DNA from: Saccostrea cucullata
Taxonomy: Eukaryota
Reading direction: 5' to 3'
NCBI RefSeq assembly: GCF_032062105.1
Contig: NW_026928671.1
Span: 124,001 to 188,000 of the forward strand
Length of the DNA stretch: 64,000 bases
Shown here: one piece after another, positions 23,501 to 35,931 of the stretch
Layout of the letters: the number at the start of each line of letters is the position of its first letter
Position numbering within the stretch: the stretch's first letter is position 1
Notes under the pieces: generated by a model
Databases searched by the model: none
The model's input: only the letters and a program-made list of their open reading frames with translations
Told to the model about the DNA's origin: nothing
Position numbers and translations under genes: made by a program

Positions 23501-26500
23501 TTTTGTCAGTCTTCGAATCACAGGTTCAAACTGACAGTGACAGACTCTCAGTTCGTGATTCTATTGGCTGAAATTTTCATTGTATTTTGGAGAGAATCGA
23601 AAAACTTTTTTACCGAGTGGAAAGTGTGTCAAAAACCAAGATCTATATACAGTGAAAAGCATCATTCAAATCTTATTTGATATGTTTCATATTCAAAATA
23701 TTTCTGTAAAAATCGAAAGGAACAGTAATGAGTAAAGTAATTGATTTCTTCATAATTCATGTACCTACAAAAAGCTACAATTTTTGGAAAAGATAATACT
23801 TGTCGTAACCATTTGGCAGGGAGAAGGTTACCGAAGATAGGGCCTTTCAAGTGAAGGAGAGTAAGGAAAGAAGTTGAAGTATTCCAAGACGTGAAGAATC
23901 CTGTCCTTAGTGTGGAATTCAAGGTATTAAAAATAATCTAACAGCTATCATTATGGTCCAGATATTAGTATTCACACTTTCAAAATTTAATACTGGTAGA
24001 TTTAGTACTAAGAAAAAATACGGCATAATTCAATTTGAGATATTTCAACATGAACAGTTTTAAATATTGTCATCAATAATTTTAATTGTAGATATTGATC
24101 AACTATTCCCATAAGAAGAAGCATTTTCCTCCAGGGTACCATGGATGTGTGGCAATATAAATCCAAAGGACAATTGAGGCCTAGTTAAAAGTCACTTTCC
24201 TGCACATTCAGTCTTAGAATACATTGTTTGCTAACAATAGGACTCAAACTGATTTACAAACTAAGAAAAAAATCTGCTATGGAAATTAATCTTAGGTGTC
24301 ATATCAATTAAATGCTCTTTGTTACTTAATTGTAATGTTTTTAATGTAGTGAATAGGTTAGTTTGAATAAATTCACAATTGTTTGAAAATTTTGTTTGTT
24401 TATTTTTTTCCTCCCTCCCTCGTAGGTTTTGAACTTTAGATGTGACGTTAAACGTAGAATTAACTTTAAACAGCCTAATATTATAAATATTTCAGAAATG
24501 TATCATGCTATAGACTGACATTGTCTTTCACAGACCTGGAGTTTCTCTGGGGTTTTCTTTACTCTGTGGATTGGCAGATTTCCTCCGACAATGCCCTCCC
24601 AATGAGGTAACATTTTTACTTTTTCAGATAAAGAATTTTCCAAAGATACAGTCACATTTGAATATTTGCATATCCACTGCTCTCTCCCACTGTGAACATG
24701 TATCCATCAAATGCGTTTACATGACTATAAACGCAACTGCTTTTGCTATGAGTGCAATTGCTCTAACTCACTCGTGTAGAACGAGGTCTACTACACTTAT
24801 GTACTGTGTTGAGAAGTATATATATGAAATGTTTCGTAAAAGGACTAAATATAAGTTTTTAATAATATTTTTTGGAAAAAAAGAATTCAGAACAATTTAA
24901 ATTTGCTGTTTTATATCTTTAAAAATTTAATTTTGGTCAATGTATTTAATTGTAATATAAAACTTTTTAAAAATTGAATAAAACTCCATATTTTTTTTTT
25001 TTTGTATCATGCATACTTGTACAAAGAACGATAACTCTTCACACTTGGGTAATAACATTCAGAAAGAGAATTTTTTAAACTAGTATATCTATTTCAAGAA
25101 AAAATAAATAGAAAACGTACCAAAAAATCACAGAAAAGCATACTGGAGTAATAATCATTATAAAAGCATTCTCATTTTTATCATAGTGTTAAATTATTGA
25201 TTTTTGTCAGAGGATTTCAATAACGTTGATTGATGACGTCACGACTGCATCAAAACAAAAATTAAGAGAATGGGATGATGGCGCTGCTTGTATCCTGATA
25301 ACTGTGTTTGAGAGGGAAATACTTTATAAATTGTGATTTATTAGAGAAAAGGGGTATTGATCAGGTGTACTGATTTTAAAGCTGTATGGTTTTCTTTACT
25401 GAAGACAGAAGAAGCTGCGTCCTTATGTAAGTCAGGATTTCCTCTGATATTCTTGACAACATCAAAGAATGCAAATATAAGTAATAAACAGCGATTATTT
25501 AGTGAACATGGCGTAATGAATAGCAATAGCTCTGCTGGCATATTTTCCATGATGCGCTAGCGCGCATCATGGAATATGCCAGCAGAGCAATTGCTATTCA
25601 TAACGCCATGTTCACTAAATAACGTTGTTTATTTCTTAAATAATTCAAAACAGTAAACTAATGAATGTTTATGAAAAATTACACATGTGAAGAAACTATC
25701 ATTTTGGTTGTACCAAATTTCAGATATAATTTCACAGTATTTTAAAAGAAATCTTCAAACCGGTGTAGCATAATATTTTGATACCGCGATATATTGAACC
25801 CGGGTTCGAAATATCGCATAATATTTTGAACCCGGGTTCACTTTTTCGCTGCGATATATTGAACCCCCTTATAAAATATTGAACCCCTACCTTTTTCATT
25901 AAAGAGGTAGGGGTTCAAAATATTATGGCCATAAAATATTGAGTCCCCCTGCCCATTTAATTTTACAGGGAGGGGGGTTCAAAATATTATGGCCATAAAA
26001 TATCGAATCCCCCTGTCCTTTAAATTGATGATGGAGGGGGTTCAAAATATTATGGCCATAAAATATTGAGTCCCCCTGCCCTTTTTAATTTTTGGAGGGA
26101 GGGGGTTCAAAATATTATGGCCATAAAATATTGAACCCCCTGCCCTTTTTAATTTTAGAGGGAGGGGGTTCAAAATATTATGGCCATAAAATATTGAACC
26201 CCCCTGCCCTTCTGATTTAAGAGGGAGGGGGGTTCAAAATATTATGGCCATAAAATATCGTGTCCCCCTACCCTTTTAATTGATGTGGGAGGGGGTTCAA
26301 AATATCATGGCCATAAAATATTGAGTCCCCCTGCCCTTTTAATTGATGTGGGAGGGGGTTCAAAATATTATGGCCATAAAATATCGAATCCCCCTGCCCT
26401 TTTTAATTTTAGAGGGAGGGGGTTCAAAATATTATGGCCATAAAATATTGAACCCCCTGCCCTTTTTTATTTTGAAGGGAGGGGGGTTCAAAATATTATG

Positions 26501-29500
26501 GCCATAAAATATTGAACCCCCCTGCCCTTCTGATTTAAGAGGGAGGGGGGTTCAAAATATTATGGCCATAAAATATGGAGTCCCCCTGCCCTTTAAATTG
26601 ATGTGGGAGGGGGTTCAAAATATGGCCATAAAATATTGAGTCCCCCTGCCCTTTTAATTGATGTGGGAGGGGGTTCAAAATATTATGGCCATAAAATATC
26701 GAATCCCCCTGCCCTTTTTAATTTTAGAGGGAGGGGGTTCAAAATATTATGGCCATAAAATATTGAACCCCCCTGCCCTTTTAAATTTTAGAGGGAGTGG
26801 GGTTCAAAATATTATGGCCATAAAATATCGAGTCCCCATGCCCTTATTAATTTTAAAGGGAGGGGGTTCAAAATATTATGGCCATAAAATATTGAACCCC
26901 CTGCCCTTTTTTATTTTGAAGGGAGGAGGGTTCAAAATATTATGGCCATAAAATATTGAACCCCCCTGCCCTTCTGATTTAAGAGGGAGGGGGGTTCAAA
27001 ATATTATGGCCATAAAATATGGAGTCCCCCTGCCCTTTAAATTGATGTGGGAGGGGGTTCAAAATATGGCCATAAAATATTGAGTCCCCCTGCCCTTTTA
27101 ATTGATGTGGGAGGGGGTTCAAAATATTATGGCCATAAAATATCGAGTCCCCTTACCCTTTAAATTTTACCGGGAGGGGGGTTCAAAATATTATGGCCAT
27201 AAAATATTGAACCCCCCTGCCCTTCTGATTTAAGAGGGAGGGGGGTTCAAAATATCTCCATCTCTTCTTGAGGATGACGTTGTAATGATTACTATTGCTT
27301 TAAAGACGTACAACACACTGGGGGAGATAACTCTTGCGATTTCAATTGAACGTTTGACGTGACGTCAAATTTAACGTCAAAAATAAAGCGTCAAAACGAC
27401 GAGTAAAACGATCCCGATGTATATCAATCATGAAAGAAAATTGGGATATGGGGCTGAGCTGTGATTGTGCGTACCATACTCAATCAATAAGTATTTTTTA
27501 ATTAACCCGATTAAACTCCGTAAAAAGCAAAACATAAAATACCACCCCTTAATGTTTATTTCATTTCATTTCATATACAATAAAGTGTATTTTTGATCAA
27601 AGCGCAGCATTTTTTTTTATTCTGAAAATTTTATTTTACATTGCCGAAATTCTCATTATGTACAATTGGCTATATAACATTCCGATTAATGGTCTTCATT
27701 ACAATTTGTGCATTTACGATATAAATATTGTTTTTCTTCTTTAATTAAATAAAACAATAAAAAAAAAAAGAACCTTTTTACAATGTAAAATCGATGATTG
27801 TTCTCAGACCCTTACTGATCAAAGAGGAACAACTCTGAAAATGTAGGAGATGTTTATTTTCCTCCCTTTATTCACGGTTTTCCACAGAATCAGATACATT
27901 TACAGCAAGACTTGATAAATCCGAGAATTGAATACTATAGACCTCATTATACACAATGTAAGTATAGAATTGAAAAGAATTGTTCACTTGTACTGAAATT
28001 ATCTGCATTTATGAATATCCTATTGCAGCAAATCGTTTGACTTTCTGTCAACAATGTCGGTTCGCATTTCCTCGAACCAAAACAAAACGTAGCCTATGAG
28101 ATTTTAAAAAATATCAAAGTGTGATTTGATATAAATTGAAATAGAGGAAGAGTTTAATGTTTGATATTTTGAAGTTAATGTGGACGAATACGGAATTTTC
28201 ATTTTAACTTTAGAAGTGACGACATTGAAAGAAATGCGTACAATATCATGAGGGGTGTACATCTATGCAAATGTCGATGTATCCCCACGGCCACATACTG
28301 TCTCGTTTGAAATAATGACATGAAAGAAACTACAATTATTCCATTTATATCAACGGAGAGTTGAATATACACCATTTTTTAATGAATAAAATTAAAGAAA
28401 TAAAATTAAAAATCAACATATTCAAGTTCAACAAAACTTGAATTCGTATCCAGGTTTCATGTGATATGGAACGCATAACGCATACATATATGGACTAAAC
28501 ACTAAAATCCTTCAGTAATTTTTTCCTGATACATATAAAAAGAGTAGTCAATATTTATTATGCATTCATGAATTTAAAAACTAATTCATACCTGCGGGAT
28601 TCAAATGACGAAATACCAGTATATTTGCACTGTAAACGACGTTTCGTCAAACGCTAATGGTCTGCGACGCAAAAAAGGAAGGGGTGGGGGTGATAGGGGT
28701 ATTCAAAAATTGCCTAAAAATCTACATTTAAATACGCTTTACATATGAGAACTTTTAAATTTGTAAGTTAATATATTTCTGAAGCAAAAGCAATATTCCA
28801 ATTTAATTTTTTTAATGTGTATTTGTAGATTCATATAACAAAGTGATCGACCCCCGTCTGAAATACGCGCGGGAACGTGATTTATTGAGAAAGGGGGAGG
28901 GGGTAATTTTCCGCTATTAAATCAAAACTGGTCGTACAAAAATTATACAAAAAATTATGAAGATTATTTTTACTACCAGCTACCTAAAGAAAGTTTTTTA
29001 CTAAAATTAAACGACAGGTTTTTTCACAAAAAAATTTTGAATTTGAAAAATACGCAATTTTCAAGGCTTAGATAATTCATAGTTTTTCAGTTTAAGGTCT
29101 TTAAAAATTATTTTAATGATATGTATATCAAAAAGATGACTATGTTATTGTGTTAAATGGTTAAAGGAATAAGCCAATGAAATTTGATATTTATATCTAA
29201 CCTGGCTTTTTTGAAAATCAAGGTTTAAGTAGTTCATTGATTAAAAATTTTCTCTCTTTGTAAACAACTAAAGGGGGGTAACTTTTGGAAGTTCCTGTCC
29301 AAAAACCACTCGAACGATTTTGTCCAAAATGTGCATATATGCAGTAGATATAGTCATGTACTAAATATACAAAAATAACGAAAATTAAACGACAGGAATT
29401 TTTTGGGGTAGGTGTGTTGTACATCCTTAATTAACTCTATTTAACTCTATTTAAACACCCGAATGTTGTATGTAAGTTAACCACCCCTCAATCTGGGCTA

Positions 29501-32500
29501 CCCTATCAGTGCACTCTCAAAACACTGTATTGCATAATATAGAAACCACAAAGGGGAAGCAACAAGACAGTGGGGATTGTTGACCTCCTATGTTGACCTC
29601 CTATGACACCTCCCTGTGTACACACAATACACAGGTGCTATACCCCTGTTACCTCCTCAATGGAGAGATACCTTTCTTATTCAATAGCATTGTTCCTTAA
29701 AATTTCCTTTATCAAATTGTTAATTACATGTATATACAATTAAATAAAAATGAATAAATACCTTATGAGATTCATCATGATACATGTGTATAATTATAGT
29801 TATTTGATGTAGAATATTGTGGGTTTAATAGTAAAAAAAAAAATTATTTCCTTTGTAACAATTGTACACTTCAATATTATGATTATATTATCCTACCCTC
29901 AATTCTTTAAGAATTGCATGTATATGAAAAAAAAGTTTTATAATAAAGATACCCTACTCTCAAGTAGTGGAAGTGTGTAAGTGGGAGAAGGATTTTAGAT
30001 TATTTGCAGGCATATTTTATCCTCACTCCCTTTTCAAAACAGTTCAATAGGGTGACTGAATAATATATGAGCCATAATATTTTAAGCCCCCATCCCTGTA
30101 AAATTAAATGGATGGGGGACTCGATATTTTATGGCCATAATATTTGGAACCCCCTCGCTGTAAAATTAAATGGGCAGGGGGACTCATTATTTTATGGCCA
30201 TAATATTTGGAACCCCCTCCCATTTAATTTTAAAGGGCAGGGGGACTCAATATTTTATGGCCATAATATTTTGAACCCCCTCCCTCTTAGATTTAAAGGG
30301 CAGGGGGACTCAATATTTTATGGCCATAATATTTTGAACCCCCTCCCTCATAAATTAAATGGACAGGGGGACTCGATATTTTATGGCCATAATATTTTGA
30401 ACCCCCTCCCTCATAAATTTAAATGGCAGGGGGACTCGATATTTTATGGCCATAATATTTTGAACCCTCTCCCTCTTAAATTTAAAGGGCAGGGGGACTC
30501 AATATTTTATGGCCATAATATTTTGAACCCCCCTCCCTGTAAAATTAAATCGGCAGGGGGACTCGATATTTTATGGCCATAATATTTTGAACCCCCTCCA
30601 TCTTAGATTTAAAGGGCAGGGGGACTCAATATTTTATGGCCATAATATTTTGAACCCCCCTCCCTGTAAAATTAAATGGGCAGGGGGACTCGATATTTTA
30701 TGGCCATAATATTTTGAACCCCCTCCCTCTTAAATTAAAAGGACAGGGGGGTTCAATATTTTATGGCCATAATATTTTGAACCCCCCTCCCTGTAAAATT
30801 AAATGGGCAGGGGGACTCGATATTTTATGGCCATAATATTTTGAACCCCCTCCCTCTTAAATTTAAAGGGCAGGGGGACTCAATATTTTATGGCCATAAT
30901 ATTTTGAACCCCCCTCCCTGTAAAATTAAATGGGCAGGGGGACTCGATATTTTATGGCCATAATATTTTGAACCCCCTCCCTCTTAAATTAAAAGGACAG
31001 GGGGGGTTCAATATTTTATGGCCATAATATTTTGAACCCCCTCCCTCATGAATTAAATGGACAGGGGACTCGATATTTTATGGCCATAATATTTTGAACC
31101 CCCTCCATCTTAAATTTAAAGGGCAGGGGGACTCAATATTTTATGGCCATAATATTTTGAACCCCCCTCCCTGTAAAATTAAATGGGCAGGGGGACTCGA
31201 TATTTTATGGCCATAATATTTTGAACCCCCTCCCTCTTAAATTTAAAGGGCAGGGGGACTCAATATTTTATGGCCATAATATTTTGAACCCCGGGTTCAA
31301 TATTTTATAGGGGGGTTCAATATTTCGCAGCGATATTTTGAACCCGGGTTCAAAATATCGCGGGGTTCAATATATTATATGACACCGGTAGTCCAATTTT
31401 TAAAAAAAAAAAAAAACATCTTAAAGAGCATTTTATAAATGCTCTTTTTATTCAATGAAGGATTCAATATCGAAACATACTTTTTAGGTTCCTCAAAAAA
31501 GTGCAGACATTCATCTCTACCTGAATACAGCAGTTCCTTTTGGGAGAATATCTGATGTTAACTGTGATACTGTGATGGCCAAAATGTACAATAAACCAAG
31601 CTACCTCCCTAGGGCACAGAAAGTAAGACTGCTTTGTACTCACAATCATTTGAATGTATGTAATCCATTTCTAACAGAGAGCTGTCTCCCTTCTCCATAT
31701 ATTAAATTGCTTTGGGTACATTCTTGAAATCAACTTTTTATGCTTTAAATAATTAAATGTTAAATATCTTCCGTATACATGTATCTTTTAACTTAATGCT
31801 TCTAATAAAAGTATAAGATAAATAATTTACAGAAATCATTGAAAAATATGTTTTTTTGTTTTAATATACCGGTACAATCATTCAGAATTCTTAACTTCAC
31901 CTGGAAAAAAATCTTGGGTATATAACAATAAATATCCTTTCTTTCTCATTATTGATGGTTTCTACATTAAAGTTTTGTAATGTATAAATAAACATGATGT
32001 TATGACATAAAGAATGATAAGTTAACATCAAGGAGAACATGAGATTTTTTTTAATTTGTTTTAGCAACCTTCTTGGAAGCCTGTGCTCCATAAAGGGAAG
32101 AATACTCTTTATCTAGCCCTCACAGAATATGTCAGGGCAGTGCAGGTATGTATCAAACTGGCACACTTGCTTTATCTTCACTGAGTGTATTAGAGTTTCA
32201 AGCATGTATCATACTGCTATTACAAATTGTTTCATGACATTGATAGACAAGTATGTATCATACTGCCGGAATACCAAACATTACTTTTTTAATTCACTGT
32301 TAAGTTGTTAATAATTAAAAAGTCTTTTAGAATGATAAAAAATAGTCCATTGTTGTGCATGTTTAGATTTTATTAAACCACTTTCAAATATAAAAATAAT
32401 TTATTTTTTTCAAGTTTAACAAAGAGAATATTGCTGACACTTTTGACCTCTATGGCACAGTGACCTGTAAATCAGAACTGGAGGTGGCGCTGTCAGACAT

Positions 32501-35500
32501 CACCATTAACCTGGCCTACAACTCTCAGGAATCAGCCTTACCCGTGGACAACCTTTTGATCCACCCATGTGTTCAAAGTGCAGACTGCTCCATGCTTCAA
32601 AAAGGTACACATTAAGAAATATTCAGAAAATTACTAAAAACTTTGCATTGTGATTGTTTTAGAAAATTTCAAAATGCCTTTGATCTTTATCTGACCTGCA
32701 ATAAACTTTTCAATTTCGGTAAAGTGCATGTAGTCAATAATGATCGACCTTTGTGTTTACCTTTATCAAGGGGAGACCAAAGCATTACCCAGGAGAATCC
32801 GATTTACCCCTCCCACTGAAATGTTCACCCTGTGTCACTATACTGCCATAGGGCTAAAGGAACCCCCCATCAAAGCTGTATATGATATGAAGGTTTGATC
32901 ATTATAATACAACTACTGTTATGTTTAAATCAATATATTTAACCCTAATAATGTTCAAGATAACTGCGGATATAAATGTACGCAATACAATTCCTAATTA
33001 TTTGAAACTGATCTTATTTTTGTCATTTTTCACACATAAGCATACATTATAATGTAAGTAGCTACACAATTTATCTCCCCTTAATTGACTCTCCTGCAGA
33101 TGACAGACAACAGAGCTTCACTAACAGTACAGCTAACACTGAGTGACGGGGTGAGGAATGCTTTTGAGTATTGTGAGATGCAGATTCCATTTCATAATAG
33201 GTAGGAAATATGGAGATAAAGAATAGTAATCAGGCTCAATAGTCCATTAAAATACATATGTAATAAAAATCCGGAGCAGAGCAAACAGGGACTTCTGGCC
33301 AAAAACTATGATAACCATCAACAAAGATTAACATTCTGACATACCGGTATATATTCAATCAAATGGTATCTTGAACTGAACTTGGTGGGGCCTAGAATAG
33401 AATAGATATTTGAGATATCAATGTTCGTGATACCAAAGACTTGGCCTATAATTGTGATTTACATCTGAAAAGGAATTAAAAATAAAAAATAATAATGTTA
33501 TAGTATACATGTACTAGAATGGAGCAACCTTAGCATATTGGAGCTGGAATATGACAATGTTTTACTGTATAAGATTACCATTGAAGTAACTTTAATTCTG
33601 TCCGACAAATACAATATTAGTTTTTCCATTATAGGGGTGTGATTTCTAGCCAGGACTCCTCTGTCAACCAAGGAAACACACTTGTTTCTCCAGATAAAAA
33701 AATTCTAGTTTGGAACATTGGTAAGTCTGCTTAATCAAGGCAATATACATGTCTTTACTAAAAGAAAGCCGATGCAAGGATGTTTCAAGTTGTTCATCTA
33801 ATACTGAAGACATACTTTTTCCGCATGGGATGCATTTCTGCTATGTATCTGATCAAAATTTTTCTGTGAAAATTTGTCACAGCATACTAAAAATTCATTA
33901 GGGACATAAAACAACAATTCAAGATATCTGAATAATTAAATTATTTTATACTAGCAGATTGAAAAGATATTGTGTTTCTGCAGAATTATGACCCCGTGGA
34001 ATAAAGTACGTTTACAGTAAAAAATTGATGCTGGTCTGCATAAACTTTAAATGAGCAATCCAAATTCCAATTTATACTTTAATTTTTCACAAATATTAGT
34101 AATAGCTTCTGAAAATTTAAAAGTGAATTGCTTAATATTTCCGTTTCTAATTTTTTTCTCTGTGATAGCCCTTTGAAAGTTAACAGAGCTGATTTCTTCA
34201 AAATTCTACCGGAATGTAAATTAGGCAGGTTGATAGGTTAGGAGCTAAGGAGGCCTAATATGCATGCAAATCTCGTGCGCATCTGTCTCTGACGCTTAGG
34301 AGGCCAAATATGCATGTAAATCTCGTGTTGCTGCCTTTGTCTTTAACGTCAGTGGGCGTCGACTAATGAAATTGGCATGGGAGTTCTCGTGTAATTTAAA
34401 TCTATGTCTACATTTTTAAAGTCTAAATCTACAATTTTATTTCACAATGAAATAGATATATAAGGAATTCTGCAGTTAAATAGTATAAATCCAAATTCCA
34501 TGGGATAATTTATATAACGGGCTTCGCCTTTTATGCAAAAATGTTTACTATCGTTATGCCCTGGCAACTATATTAAAACAAGTTAAATAATGCAAATTCA
34601 ATGTACTAGAATACAACCTTAAAAGTGTATTATCTGATTTGCAGATGCATTTTTGCCATGTTAATTGAAAACTGATTTTTAATTTCCTCTTAAAGGTCAG
34701 AAATTTTCAAAATCCCTAACTGCAAACTTGGAAGCAACAGTCATATTCTCAGAAGCCAAGTCTGCAAGCTCATTTGATGATCCTTTCTGTAAAGGTCAAA
34801 ATGCCTATGCACAGGTATGTTAGAATATTATACTTTTATGACATAAAAAATAACTCAAAATTTTGCCTTTATGCACACTTGTGTATTAATATCATACTTT
34901 TATTAAACATAACATATATGTAAATATGAAAGTAAAAATGCCTATGCACAGTTTGTTGAAAATTATTTTATTTTATGATAAAATAGCATAAATAATTTTC
35001 TATATACATACAAATGGCACTATTTACATATACAAAAATTAAATCTATATTTTAATCTGACATTGTCATTTGTGCATGCTTTTCCACAGCTGTATTTCAA
35101 GATTTCTGACTTTACCCAGTCAGGGCGTTGCATAGACTCCAAGTCAATACAAGTCTCTCCCAGCACCAAGTTCAAACTTAACACAGGTATGGATAAATAA
35201 CAAATAACAATCTAGTCACATTTCCATGCCCTGACTTTCACTAAAGCTTTATGAATAATTTATAATTTCATTTTTCAGAGTATATATTTTCAAAAAGTGT
35301 ATTTCTTTGTAATAATTCATATATTTTACAATTAAGAATCCTTTTGGTAATTAGGGCTGTATATATATTTTTTAAAAACATTTTTTGTCATTGAATCTGT
35401 ACATTTGCAAGAAATGCAAATATCGCCCAAAAAAATCTGACTTCTGTTTTTCTTTGTTTATTTAACAATTGGGGTTTAATATGTAAAGTAAATAAGATAA

Positions 35501-35931
35501 ATATAAATATAGATATGAAATAAATAATAATTTACACCATTTGAGTAAAATATTTTTGTTTTACAACATATGAACAACTATTTTGAATAAATTATTCTTA
35601 TTTGCAAAGAAATTATCCGTTTATTTCACTGCAAAAACAGATTTTATAAGCAATTAAACATATTGTGATACATATCGTATCGTGGCTCAAATATCGTGAT
35701 ATGTATCGATATAGAAAAAATTGTATCGTCCCAGCCCTATTGGTAATGTATATATAAAAACATTTTTTGTCAGTGAATCTGTAATGTGCATGATATGCAA
35801 ATGAGTTCATGAAAATTTTAATTTCAGTTCATGAATATTTATCAGCCGAGTACAAGATATGGAACAGCAATGGAGATGTGTTAAGCAGTAGTGTACCCAG
35901 GTCCCTTCTGAAACAACCAGCAGAAATATAG
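20521..35931 (+). CDS. AP5M1: AP-5 complex subunit mu-1 (MuD)
   Basis: Fourteen phase-consistent exons: 20521-20600, 22295-22418, 22691-22792, 23110-23180, 24534-24606, 31488-31622, 32065-32145, 32415-32604, 32771-32892, 33100-33200, 33635-33720, 34696-34814, 35090-35186, 35828-35931. The peptides MSIRALWI, RHYPLIEKKAK, ALLFELG, CLPLVQE..RP, VPFG, QKQPSWK...HKGK, GTVTCKSELE, LIHPCV, FTPP, FEYCEMQIPFHNRG, LVWNIGQKF, DPFCKGQNAY and YKIWNS match AP5M1 as I recall it. Confidence 0.93.
20829..22161. mobile_element. Tc1/mariner (pogo/Tigger-like) MITE, interrupted in its right TIR by a second MITE
   Basis: The left TIR CCGTATATATTCGCCTATAAGTCGG is at 20829. The right TIR CCGACTTATAGGCGAGTATATA is at ~21260-21281, and its terminal CTG-TA resumes at 22159-22163. 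Confidence 0.7.
21282..22156. mobile_element. Tc1/mariner-type MITE with TA target-site duplication
   Basis: TA|CTGTATAGGGG at 21280-21292 and CCCCTGTACAG|TA at 22146-22158. Confidence 0.75.
23213..24475. mobile_element. Non-autonomous DNA transposon with TAA TSD (PIF/Harbinger- or Zator-like)
   Basis: TAA|GGCTGTTTAAAATTAAAACTACGTTTAACGTCAC ... GTGACGTTAAACGTAGAATTAACTTTAAACAGCC|TAA: a ~34-bp near-perfect TIR with a 3-bp TWA TSD. Confidence 0.85.
25478..25638. repeat. ~160-bp near-perfect palindrome (hairpin MITE-like)
   Basis: TAAGTAATAAACAGCGATTATTTAGTGAACATGGCG...CCATGATGCGC TAGC GCGCATCATGG...CGCCATGTTCACTAAATAACGTTGTTTATTTCTTA: two ~78-nt arms with few mismatches. Confidence 0.9.
25870..27254 (+). 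repeat. Left tandem array, ~21 units of ~63 nt, each self-palindromic
   Basis: Unit GGGGTTCAAAATATTATGGCCATAAAATATTGAACCCCCTGCCCT-(variable AT-rich)-AGGGAG; I counted 21 TGGCCA centres. A 3-nt-deletion variant recurs at ~26621 and ~27064 (443 nt apart, 7 units), which shows a higher-order duplication. Confidence 0.95.
27304..29426. mobile_element. Kolobok-like non-autonomous element nested inside the Ginger-like element
   Basis: TTAA|AGACGTACAACACAC at 27300-27318 and GTGTGTTGTACATCC|TTAA at 29412-29430: 13/15 TIR match, purine-purine termini and TTAA TSD. Confidence 0.75.
30061..31295 (-). repeat. Right tandem array, ~20 units of ~63 nt, reverse complement of the left array
   Basis: Unit GGGCAGGGGGACTCAATATTTTATGGCCATAATATTTTGAACCCCCTCCCT. 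The variable segment alternates CTGTAAAATTAAAT / CTTAAATTTAAA in a dimeric higher-order pattern. Confidence 0.95.

Larger units (their letters stand above)
25764..31384. mobile_element. Non-autonomous fold-back Ginger1-like DNA transposon (5.6 kb) in AP5M1 intron 5
   Basis: CCGG|TGTAGCATAATATTTTGA... at 25760-25781 and ...TCAATATATTATATGACA|CCGG at 31367-31388. TGT..ACA termini with a 4-bp CCGG TSD are hallmarks of Ginger1. Long imperfect TIRs are built from ATATTTTGAACCC motifs. No integrase ORF is visible inside. Confidence 0.82.

Noticed and set aside
24571-24900. 109-aa ORF / apparent 21-nt intron after AP5M1 exon 5
   Set aside because: Similarity to AP5M1 stops at the GAG|gtaac donor (24606) and resumes in phase at 31488. 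The read-through is intronic, and 21 nt is too short for a normal intron.
30067-30582. 171-aa repetitive ORF (and the 97-aa ORF at 26658-26951)
   Set aside because: By-product of a 63-nt unit (a multiple of 3). Frames break wherever homopolymer lengths vary, and there is no splice or domain support.
25870-31295. CRISPR-like appearance (conserved palindromic repeat with variable intervening segments)
   Set aside because: The variable parts are only ~12-15 nt, resemble each other and recur in higher-order blocks. The context is a eukaryotic intron, no cas genes are present, and the arrays sit inside transposon ends with a TSD.
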